A stretch of 33,941 nucleotides of DNA from Perkinsus chesapeaki ATCC PRA-425 (taxonomy: Eukaryota > Protista > Perkinsozoa), in contig JAAPAO010000387.1 of NCBI GenBank assembly GCA_013115145.1, positions 1 through 33,941 of the forward strand, written 5' to 3'. The translations under genes were made by a program, and so were the position numbers. The stretch's first letter is position 1; every line of letters begins with the position of its first letter. Positions 33,736-33,941 of the stretch are shown here, piece by piece. Under the pieces are notes generated by a model that made no database searches, was not told the origin of the DNA, and saw nothing but the letters and a program-made list of their open reading frames with translations.

Positions 33736-33941
33736 CTACGACTCCTCCGTGGGTTCCTCCGTCGCCTCTGGGTCTTCTGGATACGACTCCTCCGTGGGTT
33801 CCTCCGGCGCCTCTGGGTCTTCTGGATACGACTCCTCCGTGGGTTCCTCCGGCGCCTCTGGGTCTTCGGGATACGACTCCTCCGTGGGTTCCTCCGGGGC
33901 CTCTGGGTCTTCTGGATACGACTCCTCCGTGGGTTCCTCCG
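33736..33941 (-). CDS. 3' end of a gene with acidic Pro-rich 15-aa repeats (EDPEAPEEPTEESYP)n; start lies outside the window
   Basis: The minus frame is open across the array and stops at TAG (33736-33738), exactly where the repeat ends (TAT becomes TAG). The plus frame (YDSSVGSSGASGSSG) is also open, so the strand is not certain. Confidence 0.55.
   Translation of the reverse strand, partial: EEPTEESYPEDPEAPEEPTEESYPEDPEAPEEPTEESYPEDPEAPEEPTEESYPEDPEATEEPTEES
33737..33941. repeat. 45-bp tandem repeat, at least 4.5 copies, runs off the window end
   Basis: Unit TACGACTCCTCCGTGGGTTCCTCCGGCGCCTCTGGGTCTTCTGGA starting at 33737, 33782, 33827, 33872 and 33917. Confidence 0.98.

Noticed and set aside
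33737-33941. CRISPR array
   Set aside because: Head-to-tail units with no unique spacers, in a eukaryotic context.

Overview
Eukaryotic, gene-dense, intron-rich genomic DNA with many 35-50 nt GT-AG introns. The style suggests a Perkinsus-like alveolate, but that is inference, not proof. Genes were assembled by hand from splice sites and family motifs: importin alpha (487-3803), an SLC35A-type nucleotide-sugar transporter (4921-7680), a divergent FCP1-like phosphatase with a BRCT domain (11311-13692), a carotenoid cleavage oxygenase with all four Fe-ligand His (13999-18192), a probably mitochondrial P-loop protein (18329-22296) and an intronless multi-TM protein (24796-25632). Also present: a secreted-protein pseudogene, two decayed LTR-retroelement remnants, a 174-bp TA-flanked MITE, a ~1-kb TIR element, a dispersed ~320-bp repeat pair, and a 45-bp tandem repeat cut by the window edge. 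The strongest unexplained signal is in non-coding DNA. It carries many perfect palindromes with 1-nt spacers, often overlapping in tandem or in an A-A'-A pattern. They also occur as an indel between, and at the breakpoints of, two paralogous repeats, which points to an active snap-back/template-switch mutational process. Exon boundaries and alignments were done by eye; no database searches were run.
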